Below are positions 28,990-39,899 of a stretch of DNA of 64,000 nucleotides, in pieces. This stretch comes from Pelagomonas calceolata (taxonomy: Eukaryota): positions 3,534,001 through 3,598,000 of the forward strand of contig CAKKNE010000001.1 in the NCBI GenBank assembly GCA_918797485.1. Direction: 5' to 3'. Position numbers and translations under genes: made by a program. Every line of letters starts with the position of its first letter. Position 1 is the first letter of the stretch. The notes below the pieces were generated by a model that worked only from the letters and a program-made list of their open reading frames with translations, ran no database searches and was not told the DNA's origin.

Positions 28990-30510
28990 CTACCGCCCGT
29001 TCTTCGCCTTCAGCGCCTCGGCGAGCTTCTCCTCGGCGGCCTTGAGGGACGCCCGGAGGCCGTCGATGGTCCTTCTATCATTCTCGGCCTGCAGTTTCAA
29101 AGCAGAGATCTCCGCACGTGGAGAAGCCGGCCGTTGTCTAGGAGGCGTCGCCTCCGGATCATCATCCACACTGGAAGCCAGCGACAGCGCCGACGCCGCC
29201 GCCGTCAAGGAAGATGTATAAGACCCACCAAATCTCCGAGAAATGGCCCCCCAGTCGCCCGACGAGTCCACGGCCTCCAGCGCCTCGAGCTCCGGATCAT
29301 CATTCGATTCATTGGTGATGCGCGCGACGAAGTCGACGTGCGGCGTCAAGGCGCGCAACGTTAATGCCGGCGCCGCCAGCGACGCGGCGAGGACGTCCTC
29401 CGGAATATACCGGGATTCTTCGCCGCCGCCGCCGCGTGCCGCGCGCGTCTCGACGCGCCGCCGCACCGTCGCCTCGGAGGCGTGGATGTAGAAGAGAGCG
29501 ATGCGGTAGTGCGGGAACTGCTTCCGCAGCGACGCGATCTTCGGCGCGTACCAGTCAAAATCTCTCAGACTACCGTCGACCCAGACGTGGCAGCGCTGGT
29601 CCATGGCCAGGGCTTGCGCTAACTCTGCTAATGTACCAGACTCCCGGTGACACAACGTCCCCGCACACTTCGGGTCCCGACTCATATACGACGGCCATTC
29701 CGGCATCAAACGCTTAAATCTATCGGGGTCGACGTGCACGACCCTTCTAAGTGGTAGGATGTCGCGCTGCGACATCCAGTTCATGACCCAGCCCTTGCCC
29801 GCGCCCATGGGCCCGCACGTGTACACGAGCCACGGCTTTTTCGTCGGGCCCGCCCTATCATCATCAGTAGCGACAACTCGATGCACCGCGGCGTCCTGCC
29901 ACCGTTGTCTCGCGGCGTTGTAGTTCCCGTGCCAGTTCGCGTCCAGGTGCTCCCGTAAATGAGCTAGTGCCCCGACGAAACCTTCTGATAGTGATACTCC
30001 ATAATTATCCTGCGTGCTCCGCTTCCAGTCGTAGTCGACGGGTATGCTCCACGAATCTAGGTCGGGAAACGCGTAATGTGAGACGATCCTCCTCAAAAAG
30101 CGGTGCCGCCTAATGCCCGCGAGGAACTGCTCCACGTTTATCCGCGCGTCCTCCGTTTTTTGCCTTTGCAGCCCGGGCGCCCACGTCTTCGCTTTCGTCA
30201 ATCGGCGGCAGGCGTCGTCCTCGCAGATCTGCAACGCCGTCGAATTGATCGACGCGTCCTCGGCTAAATGGAGGAACAGGTGCTTGACCTCGCCCTCCCT
30301 CAAACCGAGTTTGAGGTCCGCTACTAATCGGCCAAAGTCGGAGAAGCCCATCAATCCGCCTTCCAGGCGCTCGAACCGTCCGAAGACCAGGTCCAGGTCG
30401 TCCTTCTCGACCACGCCTCGGCGCATCCTTCGCCGCGGCGTCGGCGGCGGCATCTGACCAGGGAGGGACTGCGCCCGGCCTAGCGACGGCGGCGGCGGAA
30501 GTCCACTCAT
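28990..30510 (-). CDS. Zeta-toxin-like P-loop kinase with N-terminal EF-hand-like region and C-terminal coiled coil
   Basis: PWLVYTCGPMGAGK, HVDPDRFK, VDGSLR, RRVETRA. Confidence 0.75.
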   Translation of the reverse strand: MSGLPPPPSLGRAQSLPGQMPPPTPRRRMRRGVVEKDDLDLVFGRFERLEGGLMGFSDFGRLVADLKLGLREGEVKHLFLHLAEDASINSTALQICEDDACRRLTKAKTWAPGLQRQKTEDARINVEQFLAGIRRHRFLRRIVSHYAFPDLDSWSIPVDYDWKRSTQDNYGVSLSEGFVGALAHLREHLDANWHGNYNAARQRWQDAAVHRVVATDDDRAGPTKKPWLVYTCGPMGAGKGWVMNWMSQRDILPLRRVVHVDPDRFKRLMPEWPSYMSRDPKCAGTLCHRESGTLAELAQALAMDQRCHVWVDGSLRDFDWYAPKIASLRKQFPHYRIALFYIHASEATVRRRVETRAARGGGGEESRYIPEDVLAASLAAPALTLRALTPHVDFVARITNESNDDPELEALEAVDSSGDWGAISRRFGGSYTSSLTAAASALSLASSVDDDPEATPPRQRPASPRAEISALKLQAENDRRTIDGLRASLKAAEEKLAEALKAKNGR

Positions 30511-30877
30511 CAGCTGTGCAAGTGCACTAGTGGTTTGGAGTGCGCGGCGGCTCTGTGATGACTGTGGCGGTCGCAGGGATGCTGTGGCGTCCGCGGGAAG
30601 AGAACACAAGCGCCGGTGTGTCCTTGTTTAAGCCGGATGAGCTTTTTTTTCATCCAGCTTGTTGCCTCTTGCTAGTGCCTTACACGCGCTAGCTCGATTC
30701 GTTTTATTGCTCGCCCTACGGCCGCGTACCAACAGCTCACGGCTCGTTGTGGCTCGTCTCGGACCAGTTCAACGCCAACTCAACTGCGCGCGCTGTCGTT
30801 GCGGGCACACAAGTGGCCCTAGGCCCCTCACCCCTGAACCCTGCTGCACAGCAGCCAGCGCAAGCGCAGAATAAAAG

Positions 30878-31135
30878 ATGAAAGGCGACGTACGAGTAGC
30901 TCCCAACGGCGGCGTGATTATTCACAAGGGCCTCTCGACGAAGGCGTGGTTCCGCGCGTTCAGCACGGGGACCGTCGTCGGCGGCGCGGCTGGTTTTGTT
31001 GGCGGTTTCGCGCTAGCTCAAGCTATTTATTCTGACGAACACCAGCGCGACTCGGTGCGCCGCGCGGTCAAGATCACGGGGGTGGCGGTCGCGGCGTCGA
31101 TGCTCGCCGGCTTCTTTGCTTCGCGGCGACGCTAG
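30878..31135 (+). CDS. Small two-TM hypothetical protein (85 aa)
   Basis: ATG in aaagATG context; two Gly/Ala-rich hydrophobic helices. Confidence 0.55.
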   Translation: MKGDVRVAPNGGVIIHKGLSTKAWFRAFSTGTVVGGAAGFVGGFALAQAIYSDEHQRDSVRRAVKITGVAVAASMLAGFFASRRR

Positions 31136-31458
31136 CCCTGGCCACCCACCCGTTGTCGCTTGTAACTTATGTGTACATGAGATTGGAAGGAAACCTCTTG
31201 CGCTGCGTTCAGAGAGCGCTTTTTTGCAGCTAGTAGCTCTCACGCTAGGTGCTCGAGTTATGCTCGCAGCGAGAGCAACATTGCACCCCGCTGCAGCGAA
31301 TAACGAGCACCGAGACAAGGCGCTACGCTGCGGAGCACTTCTCCAGCCTCACCTTCGCACGGCAGCTCGCGCCGCGCTTGCGCGCCGCCGCCGCCCTACA
31401 AAAACAGCACTATCGCACAACAGCGCCGCGCCGCCGCCGCGCGCCACCGCAACAAACC

Positions 31459-31839
31459 ATGGCTGAAGTGAACCCCAAGGCCTACCCCCTGGCCGACGCC
31501 CAGTTGCAAGTGACGATTTTAGATCTCACACAACAAGCCTGCAACTACAAGCAGCTGAAGAAGGGCGCGAACGAGGCCACCAAGTCCCTCAACAGAGGAA
31601 TCGCCGAGTTCGTCGTGCTCGCGGCCGACGCCGAGCCGCTCGAGATCCTGCTGCACCTTCCCTTGCTCTGCGAGGACAAGAACGTGCCCTACGTCTTCGT
31701 GCTGTCGAAGCTGGCTTTGGGAAGGGCGTGCGGCGTCTCGCGGCCCGTGATCGCGTGTGCCGTGACGTCCAACGAAGCCTCGCAGCTCAAGGACCAGATC
31801 GTCCAGCTCAAGGACAAGATCGAGCAGCTCCTCATTTAG
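31459..31839 (+). CDS. SNU13: Snu13/15.5K (NHP2L1) U4 and box C/D snoRNP protein
   Basis: [12 protein letters not shown]...[16 protein letters not shown]...[23 protein letters not shown]...[10 protein letters not shown]. Confidence 0.97.
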   Translation: MAEVNPKAYPLADAQLQVTILDLTQQACNYKQLKKGANEATKSLNRGIAEFVVLAADAEPLEILLHLPLLCEDKNVPYVFVLSKLALGRACGVSRPVIACAVTSNEASQLKDQIVQLKDKIEQLLI

Positions 31840-31891
31840 ACGTCGCGATCCTGATGCTAGCGCAGTGATGATGGATCCCCTAAGTACACGT

Positions 31892-32850
31892 TCACATTAT
31901 CGCCCCATCGCTGATCCGCTCCAGGAGCTCCCTCCGATCGGCGTCCTTCCGCGTCAGCACGAGTCGGGCCCAGGAGCCCCAGTACTCCTTTCCAAAATCA
32001 TCCGGGTCGCGGAAGGTCTTCTCGGCGACGTCGTAGTCTGCGCGGACGTCGACCGGTGAGGCACGACTGCGTCGCGGCGATGGCGTCGCGGGTCGCGAAG
32101 GCACCGCGAGACGCCGGGCGGTACAGGGCGCGTAGAGCCGCTCGAGCACGGCGCACTGGTCCGGTCTAATACCGGACAGGCACAGCGCGCCGCCGACCTT
32201 CGTGCCGAGCGCGAGCGTCGCGACCATGGACGGCCGGGAGAGCTGGCCGACCTGTGCGCAAATCAACCGGTGAGTCGGGTGCACATGCCGTCGAGCAGCC
32301 GTCGCGTCGATGGCGTGCAGGTCATGATTCGAGAAGCGCCGCGAAATACCAGGATGTTCGCCACGACGGCGTCGTACTCGTCCATGCCCGGTATCACAGA
32401 ACGGCCGTGGACCCAGTCGACGCCGTCAACAATACCGTTCCTTTCGGCGTTCTCGGCGGCGGACTCGAGCGCCTCGTACTCGACGTCGACGCCCACCGCT
32501 TCGCGACACCCGAGCTTCCGCGCCGCGATGGCCAGGACGCCGCTGCCGCAGCCGTAGTCGAGGAACGTCTCGTCCTCTTTAAAGCCCCGCTCGGAGAGCC
32601 ACTCCAGGCACAGCGCCGTCGACGGGTGAGCGCCGTCGCCCCAGCCGCCCGCGGCCGTCTCGCTCGTGCCCAGGACCACCTGGACGGCGTCGCCGGGGGG
32701 CGGCGTTTCGTCTCCTTCCAGCACGACGTGCACACGTCCCCGGAGGATGCCGCCCTCGGGGACAAGACTGCTGGTCCGTGCGAGTGCGAGGAGTAGTGCC
32801 GTGCGTTTTATTGCATGCTTTAGAGCAATGCCGCCCTTGCCTCGCCGCAT
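31892..32850 (-). CDS. PrmA-like ribosomal protein L11 methyltransferase; introns 32252-32349 and 32038-32124
   Basis: WGDGAHPSTALCL, LDYGCGSGVLAIAA, VVANIL|VGQL, LCLSGI. Start codon uncertain. Confidence 0.85.
32038..32124 (-). mobile_element. Decayed introner-type intron (87 nt, in frame, no stop)
   Basis: GT...CGCAG with ACGCCATCGCCGCGACG core; splice gives LYAPYYDV. Confidence 0.65.
32252..32349 (-). mobile_element. Introner-type intron (98 nt) retaining the 3' TIR
   Basis: Ends CCGGTTGATTTGCGCACAG; contains CACGCCATCGACGCGACG; needed to restore frame. Confidence 0.8.
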
Positions 32851-33807
32851 TGCTGCAAAAATGAGGCTGCTGCAAGTGCAGCAGGGTGCAGGCTGCACTG
32901 AACTTGCCAGCAATGCTTTTGGCGCTGCAGCACACAAGCACAGTTGTCAAAATGTTACCACTACGGCGTTTTTGCGCACCTACAGCTCCCCTGGTGCAGC
33001 AAAAACCTGTTTTGCCTCTAGCCTAGCCTCAGCTTAACCGACGGGTTTTGCGCGCGGTCTTGCGGGACCCCTCCCCGCCCCAGGGGACTCGTCGCAGAGG
33101 TCGTGCAGCGATGTGCGGGAAAAAAAAAGGGAACCGCCGCCACACAACCTTGATCTGCCGAACGCGGACGCGAAGGCGCTTTGCTTGAGACCCGACCCAG
33201 AGCTAGTCAAGGTATGCAGGGTCCCGCTGCACCGCCGCTCCGTGGAGTCGTGCCCGAGTGCCGCCGCCGACGAGTTGCCCGCGGCCTGCCGCCGGCCCGC
33301 CGCCGCGCCCGCGGGGGAGTCGCGAAAAACACCCTCGCGTTTGCGACATTGCGCCGACGGAAGACCCGGGGTGTAGTCATCGGAAGCAGCTTGAATTGCT
33401 GGGGTGAGTCGACATCGCCAGGAAGGCCCGTCGACCCGTTGAATTGCGAGGACGCCCAGGATGGATCGCCTACTTGCCCGGCATGCCGCGCCGCACCGTC
33501 ACCGCGGGGTAGAGGGGCAAAAGGTAAAGGTCAAGGCGAAGGAAGCCGGCGGCGCGTCGCGGCAGCATTTGAGGCAGCCCCAAGCTGAAGGCCGTGCTCA
33601 GCGTGTTCTGGGCTATTTTCCACGCGGGCAACTCCCACTTCCGGGCCCACAGGGGCGGCGCTGCACTTTGCGAGCAGCCCGGGGTGCGCGGAGTGGCTAG
33701 GGGCGGCGCGCGCGTACAACGCGCGGCAGCCTGTCGCTCGAGTTTTTGCCTCAAGTGCTAGTGCCTTACGGCCGCTAGCTACGGCTTCCGCGTGAGCTGA
33801 ACGAGGC

Positions 33808-34869
33808 ATGCTGTTGGGCCTGTTGGCCATTGGTGTGGTCCATTCGTTAACGCCGTCGACGCCTACACTAACAAAAATGGCAGCTTTCGACACGGCTGTG
33901 CCCACAGTGGACATCTCACCTTTCACAGCTCCAGCAGCGCACTCGGACGCAGCGCGACGAGCCGTCGGCCAGGAGTGGGACGCCGCGATGACGAACGTCG
34001 GTTTCGCGATGATTACGGGCCACGGTGTCGATCCGGCGATTGTCGACGCGCTGCGGCGCGGCGCGCACAGCTTCTTCGGCGGACCTGCAGCATCGAAGCA
34101 AAAGTACTGCTACGGGCCCTACGGCAACCCGCTCGGCGGGTTCACGGGCATGGGCGTCGAAGCGGTGGCGCGGTCGAGAGATGACCACGGGAGCGACGGC
34201 GGCGCCACGCAGACGACGGCGCTGCCTGACCTCGTGGAGTCGTTCGTCTTCAAGCCCGAGGAGACGACGAAGCCCAAGCCCCCGTCTATGGACGACGCGG
34301 GCCACGCCTACCACGCGGCGTTGCTACAAGTGCTCGACGCGCTGCACAAGGTGACGGCGGCGGCGCTGGGCCTCGACGCCGACTTTTTTGCACCTTACTA
34401 CGCGCCCTCCGCCAAGTGTAGTTTGAGACTCGCCTACTACCCGCCCCTCTCGACAACGCAACAGACGTCGTCGGCGGTGCGCTACGGCGCGCACACGGAC
34501 TACACGGGCTATACCATATTATGCCAAGATGACAATGACGTGGGCGCCCTCGACGCGGGCGGGCTCCAGGTCTTGCTCAAGTCGGGGCAGTGGGCGGCCG
34601 TCACACCCCAACGGAACGCCTTCGTCGTGAACATCGGGGACTTGTACGAGGTCTGGACCAATGGAAGATGGCGCAGCACCGTGCACCGCGTCATGAAGCC
34701 TCCACAAGGATCAAAGGCGGCGACGCAACCGCGCCTCTCGATCCCCTTCTTCACGGGCCCCCACGACGACGCCCGGATCTCGTGCCTGCCAGGCATGGGC
34801 CCGGCGAAGTACGCGCCCGTGTCGGCGGGCGAGCACCTGCGGCGGAAGTTGGGGATATCGAATGTATAA
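33808..34869 (+). CDS. 2-oxoglutarate/Fe(II) dioxygenase (IPNS/DIOX family); may start at 33877
   Basis: VPTVDIS, GFAMITGHGV, LRLAYYP, HTD, NIGD, HRV, RLSIPFF. Confidence 0.92.
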   Translation: MLLGLLAIGVVHSLTPSTPTLTKMAAFDTAVPTVDISPFTAPAAHSDAARRAVGQEWDAAMTNVGFAMITGHGVDPAIVDALRRGAHSFFGGPAASKQKYCYGPYGNPLGGFTGMGVEAVARSRDDHGSDGGATQTTALPDLVESFVFKPEETTKPKPPSMDDAGHAYHAALLQVLDALHKVTAAALGLDADFFAPYYAPSAKCSLRLAYYPPLSTTQQTSSAVRYGAHTDYTGYTILCQDDNDVGALDAGGLQVLLKSGQWAAVTPQRNAFVVNIGDLYEVWTNGRWRSTVHRVMKPPQGSKAATQPRLSIPFFTGPHDDARISCLPGMGPAKYAPVSAGEHLRRKLGISNV

Positions 34870-34872
34870 ATC

Positions 34873-35301
34873 TTATTTGTGCCTACTCTTCTCCTTGACG
34901 TCGTACTGCCGCCTACTTTCCTTCATCATCAGCATGAACACGTCGAAATCGGTGGTTGCGAGCATGATCTGGCCCATGAGCGCCTCTGAACTATCTTCAT
35001 CCCGCTCGGTGGCTTCGCGGAGCTCCGCGTAGAAGGCTTCCGTACTACTACCTTCCCTTTCAATATAATCCTCGAGGAGCCCCTCATACAACTTCTTGAA
35101 CTCCTCGTAGAGCGCCGTGTACTCGAGGGGGTACTCGTCGTCACTTAATGCGGGATCGATGCGCGGCGCGTTTTTTGAGACCCACGCTTCAAAGGTCTGC
35201 GAGAAGGAGGAATCTTCAAAAAAGTAGCGGCCGACCTTCGCTACGATGCTGTCTTCTTTCGCGTCCTTGGCGTCTTCTCTTTCACTTGATTTGGCCTCCA
35301 T
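34873..35301 (-). CDS. BART-domain protein (CFAP36/ARL2BP-like)
   Basis: EYPLEYTALYEEFKKLYEGLLEDYI...LATTDFDVFMLMMK. Confidence 0.8.
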   Translation of the reverse strand: MEAKSSEREDAKDAKEDSIVAKVGRYFFEDSSFSQTFEAWVSKNAPRIDPALSDDEYPLEYTALYEEFKKLYEGLLEDYIEREGSSTEAFYAELREATERDEDSSEALMGQIMLATTDFDVFMLMMKESRRQYDVKEKSRHK

Positions 35302-35783
35302 GGGCTGGGGTGGCTCGTCGGGGCCGCAGCGATGGCGTGGGCAGCCTCGCGCGGTGCAGGCTTGTGTAAATGAAGGTCTTTTCGGTGATGCGTGCTCGTG
35401 CGGGCAGCAATGCGGTAGCGTCTCGACGCCGGGCAGCGTCGAGCTCGCGCGCCGGCTTTGAACGCGATGGCAGAGCGCCAGCATTTGACGTCGGAGGGTT
35501 CCTCGGAGCGATAGGAACCGTACCGATGCGGATTCGAGAACGTACGTGCGATGGATTAAAACCCGCACGCCAGCTTTTGCCTGCAAAGTTTGTCCAGGCC
35601 CTAGCTGCCGCTATCCGGTTTCCCAGACAGCGTGAGGCAAGGAAGGGCAAAGCTAACGTACCATTCTCCAGTTGTGCGAGAGATCCGGAAGCCTCGGGCC
35701 GCACAGCCTTAGACAGAGCATATCTCACACATCGTGCGTGGCGTCCTGATACTCGCGCGACAAACCAGCGCTGCCCACGACAA

Positions 35784-37181
35784 ATGGCCTACTACGGCGG
35801 CCCCGCGCGGCGCGCCGCGCGCCTCGCCGCGCGGCGCTTCAGCCAGCGCAAGAACGCCGTCAACGGCAAGGACGACCGCACCATCGCGCCGCTGCCGGGC
35901 CGCGAGTTCCCGAAGCCGCACTCGCCTTTGTGGTTAGCGTTGCGGAGTCCGGTACAAACGCAGCCCGAGGAAATTGTGGCACAAAGAGCTGCGCAAAAAG
36001 CAGCCGCCGCCGACGCGGCCGCGAAGGCCGCCGATGACGCCCGAAGGAAGGCGGAACGAGCCGCGGAGAAGGTGGCCGAAAAACGAGCGGAAAAACAATT
36101 CGACGACATGATGTCCGGCAAGGGCTACGCGAACGTGTCGCCCTCGACGCTTGCCGGCCCCGTGGGCAGCGCGGACGTGACGCCGTCGGACCGCGTCGCG
36201 AAGCTCCGGAATTTCGCGATGACGCCCCTCGAACTGAAAAGTGAGTTGGACGAGATGGTCGTCGGCCAGGACAACGCCAAAAAAGCGCTGAGCGTGGCCT
36301 TCTGCGAGCACTTCCACCACGCGCGGCGGTGTATAGAAGAGCCCGATAGATCTTCGAAGATGTGGCACAAAAAAAACATTTTATTGGTCGGCCCGACGGG
36401 CACGGGCAAGACGCAATTATGCAGAGCGCTGGCGCGCGTCGTCGACGCGCCCTACGTGAAGGCCGACGCTACTACTTTCTCCGCGACGGGGTTTGTTGGA
36501 CGAGATGTCGACGACGTGATCCACCAATTGCACGAGGTCGACAACGAGGCAGCGCCCTTCGGCGTGGTCCACATCGACGAGGTCGACAAGATATGTCCCC
36601 GCGGGTTAATTAGTGGTACGGTCAACACCAGGGATGTACAAACAGCATTGTTAAAACTCATGGAGGACGCCGAGGTACCTCTAAAGGGCAAGAAGGGGGA
36701 CTCCCGAAAGCTCTTCTCGACGAAGCACGTTTTGTTTGTCTTCTCGGGCGCGTTCGAGCAGCTGTCGTCGGTCTATGCGTCGGAGGGTGTGAAGGCGCCG
36801 GAGCCCTCTGACTTAATTAATGCGGGGCTTTTACATGAATTTGTGGGCCGCGTGCCTATTAGATGTGCCCTGGAACCACTCTCGGTCGATCATTTACTTT
36901 CGATCATGGAATCAGACTCCGAAATCTCTCCGTTAACGCAATACCGAGACATGTTCGCGGCGCATGCCATAGACCTGTCGTGGGACACGGAGGCGCTGCG
37001 GACCATTGCGGAGCGCGCCCACGCTCACGGGTTAGGTGCGCGCGCGCTGGTCGCGGAGCTCGACGCTGTTTTTCGGGAGTTTGCCTTTGCGCTGCCCGGG
37101 TCGAGCGTGACCGAGTTGAAAGTGACGGAGGATCTTGTATCGAAACCCGAAGAGGAATTGCGGAGGCTGCTGGCTGTGTAA
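35784..37181 (+). CDS. clpX: ClpX-like AAA+ ATPase, mitochondrial-type leader
   Basis: VVGQDNAKKALSVA, KKNILLVGPTGTGKT, DEVDKI, VQTALLKLME, EFVGRVP, GARAL. Confidence 0.88.
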   Translation: MAYYGGPARRAARLAARRFSQRKNAVNGKDDRTIAPLPGREFPKPHSPLWLALRSPVQTQPEEIVAQRAAQKAAAADAAAKAADDARRKAERAAEKVAEKRAEKQFDDMMSGKGYANVSPSTLAGPVGSADVTPSDRVAKLRNFAMTPLELKSELDEMVVGQDNAKKALSVAFCEHFHHARRCIEEPDRSSKMWHKKNILLVGPTGTGKTQLCRALARVVDAPYVKADATTFSATGFVGRDVDDVIHQLHEVDNEAAPFGVVHIDEVDKICPRGLISGTVNTRDVQTALLKLMEDAEVPLKGKKGDSRKLFSTKHVLFVFSGAFEQLSSVYASEGVKAPEPSDLINAGLLHEFVGRVPIRCALEPLSVDHLLSIMESDSEISPLTQYRDMFAAHAIDLSWDTEALRTIAERAHAHGLGARALVAELDAVFREFAFALPGSSVTELKVTEDLVSKPEEELRRLLAV

Positions 37182-37192
37182 ATTATGTGTAC

Positions 37193-39382
37193 TTAACTAA
37201 CAAGGGGGTTCTCCGTCGCTTGAGCTTCCGTGACGACCTCCAGCAGGCCGCGCCGGCCGGCCGTGAGAGCGACGGCCACGAAGACGGCGGCGCGCAGACA
37301 GAGCCCCACCGCTAACAACCGATACAGGTTCGCCTCGAAGGACCGCTGCGCCAGCGAGAAGAAAGCCAGCACGTCTTTTCCCGTCGCGAAGACGGGGGGG
37401 AAGCCATCTATGTCACCGTAATCCCTCCACTGACTCTGGCTCACGGCCTGGAAGCCGTAGTTGATCGGGTTGACCTGTGCGGCGAGCGGGTCGCGTCGAT
37501 GGCGTATGGTAGATCGAGCCGAAGGCACTTCGAAGTCGCGGGCTCGGAGACACACCTTGTTGATCCAGCGCGCCCCCACTGGAATCGCGCCAACGTTCGC
37601 GTAGAGCCCGCCCAAGAGGATCATCGGGAAGACAAACAGCGGCGCCACAACGGTCGCGACTGCGTGGGAAAAGCGGGCGGTGAGCGACGGGTCCTCACGC
37701 CATCGACGCGACCCATCGTCGAAGGACGAGGACGCCGGCCGCCGACACTCGGAGTCGGGGGACAAACAAGCGATCAAATAGCCGAGCGACGCGCCGGCGA
37801 ACGCGACGGCCTGGGCCACGAGCAGGAACGCGCCGAGCCGCTGTTCGAGACCGTGCCGCGGGTCGATGAGCCGGTACGTGACGCTTACGAAGACGCACGG
37901 GAGGGCCTGCTGCAGCACGACATCCGCGAGCTGCATGGCGAGCACCGAGAGCGGCAGGCCGTAGGCGCCCGAGGCAGCCTCGCGGCGCGCCATCGCCAAG
38001 CCGCGGAAGAACAGTTGCAACGGCGGGAAGAGCGACGAGAAGAGCGTCCCGGTACACAACATAAACAAGTAACCGTTGACGTTCTCCACGCCCTTCTGGT
38101 CGATGCGCGGCCTGCCGTCGCCCTCGTAGAGCATGCCGATGAGCGAGGCGAAGACGGCACACGTCGCGAACTGGGCCACTATCAAAGGCCACCGCCTTAA
38201 CTGGGTCACGACGCCGCGGTGCGCGAGGGCCAGCGCGCGAGCGTAGAACGGTGCGCTCGGCGCGGGCGCGCGGGCCGTCGCGAAGCGTCGCGGCGCCTTG
38301 ACGAGCGGTGGAGCCGCCGTGGGCACGTCGCGCGCCGCGACCTCGAGGATCGCCTCCGCGGGCGGCAACGCAGCTATCTCCGGCGGCGGCGCGAGCTGCC
38401 CGACGGCGTTAGCCGCGGCACCCTTATACAGTGTCTTGCCATGCGCCAGGACGACCAGGTCGTCGCAGAGGTCGAAGCACCGCTGCGACGGCTGATGGAT
38501 CGAGAAGACGACGATCGCGCCGCCTTTGGCCAGCTTGGCCAGCGTCCTTACCACAGACGCCGCGAGCTGGCTGTCCAGCCCGCTCGTCGGCTCGTCAGCG
38601 AAGACGACTTTTGGTGAGCCCACGACCTCCAGCGCCACGGCGAGACGCTTGCGCTCCCCACCCGAGAGGCCCCGCGCGCCGCCGAGCGCCCGGGCGTCCG
38701 CGGGCGCGCCGACCTGTGTGGAAATCAAACTTTACGGCGCGTTCGTGCTGAATCGTCGTGTCGACCTCCACGCCATCGATGCGGGGCCTGCTCGATGGCG
38801 TGGCGATGCCGGTTGCTCACCGCTCGACGGAGCCAGCACGGCCGCGTCATCACCGAGAAATTTGCACCCGACACACTGGTTGATTTCCACACAGGCGCCG
38901 ACGCGCGGGTGGTCGGCGACCGTCTCGAGGCCGAATGTCTCTAATAGCTCCGCCGCGCGACTATCGGCCGCCTTGGCGTTTGCTGCGCGGGTCCGGTCTC
39001 GGCGCCAGAGCGCGAGGCCCGCGCGGAAGCGCAGGTGCTCCCGCGCCGTCAGCTCCGGGCAGAAGACGTCCTCCTGCTCGACGAAAACGGCGCGGGCGGC
39101 GCGCGTCGACCCGCCTGAGACCACCAAGCGGACGCTGCCGGCGTCCGGCTCGGCACGGCCGGCCAGGCAGCGCAATAATGTCGTCTTGCCGGCGCCCGAG
39201 GGACCCAGCAGCGCGAGCGTGCGGCCCGCTTTCGCGACGCCGCCCGCCTCGCTCAAAATGATACGGCGCTTACGACCCGCCACCACTCCCACGCCTGCCC
39301 ACTCGAGGCGCAGCGGGGCCGCGCCGTCGTCGTCTCTGGCGCCGTTCGTGGGTTCTAAAAGGGCCTCGTTTAGCGCTTCCAT
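37193..39382 (-). CDS. ABCG (White-like) half transporter; introns 38714-38902, 37660-37746, 37475-37555
   Basis: GPSGAGKTT, LSGGERKR, ADEPTSGLD, SIHQP, C-terminal ABC2 membrane domain. Confidence 0.92.
37475..37555 (-). mobile_element. Decayed introner-type intron (81 nt, in frame)
   Basis: AAG|GTGTGT...TACGCCATCGACGCGACC...CACAG|GTC; splice gives WINKVNPINYGF. Confidence 0.75.
37660..37746 (-). mobile_element. Decayed introner-type intron (87 nt, in frame)
   Basis: Core motif in antisense orientation; ends TTTTCCCACGCAG; splice gives SPDSEFATVVAP. Confidence 0.7.
38714..38902 (-). mobile_element. Intact introner: 181-bp element 38714-38894 with perfect 15-bp TIR and perfect 8-bp TSD
   Basis: TSD gcgccgac at 38706-38713 and 38895-38902; TIR ctgtgtggaaatcaa / ttgatttccacacag. 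Confidence 0.97.
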
Positions 39383-39899
39383 GGCTTCGGGCGTTCAATC
39401 ACTTGGATTGTAACGACGCTGTTGCACGTTTAGATACAGCGTGATCCTCTCTGCCTCTGCTGGTGAGCCTCTGAGCCTTCAGTGCTGGCAAGCTACAGTG
39501 CTGATGATGATGCGTGCACAAGCGGCTGGCACTGATGCAATCAGCCAGGTAGATGGGTGCAAACGCAGCGCCCAAGCTATCGATAGAGAGGCCGAGTGCT
39601 ATTATAGGTGGCACACCACGCACAGGCCAGACTACTAGTATAAAAGCTAAAAAACCTAGCGTACTAACACACTAAGCTTTTGCAGCGCTTGCAGACGCAT
39701 AAAACAGCTGTTTACAGCGCGCTGGACTCTGTAGTGGGGTCCGAGAGCACCTTTTTTCTAACCCTCTTTAACCACAAAGCCAGCCACACACGATGACGCC
39801 GACGCCGACGACCATCATGGAGCCCCTTGAAGCGCGCTGTCCAAGTACAATACGTACAATACCAACAACAACACGGACAACAAGTACAATACAACAACA

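Noticed and set aside
33040..33750. Unassigned 700-bp region with several short ORFs
   Set aside because: No motif, no consistent frame and no repeat boundaries seen.
35370..35783. Long N-terminal extensions in the ORF track (also 3283-3405, 17890-18096, 31249-31458, 43658-43927)
   Set aside because: Intergenic-like composition and often non-ATG starts; family similarity begins at downstream ATGs.
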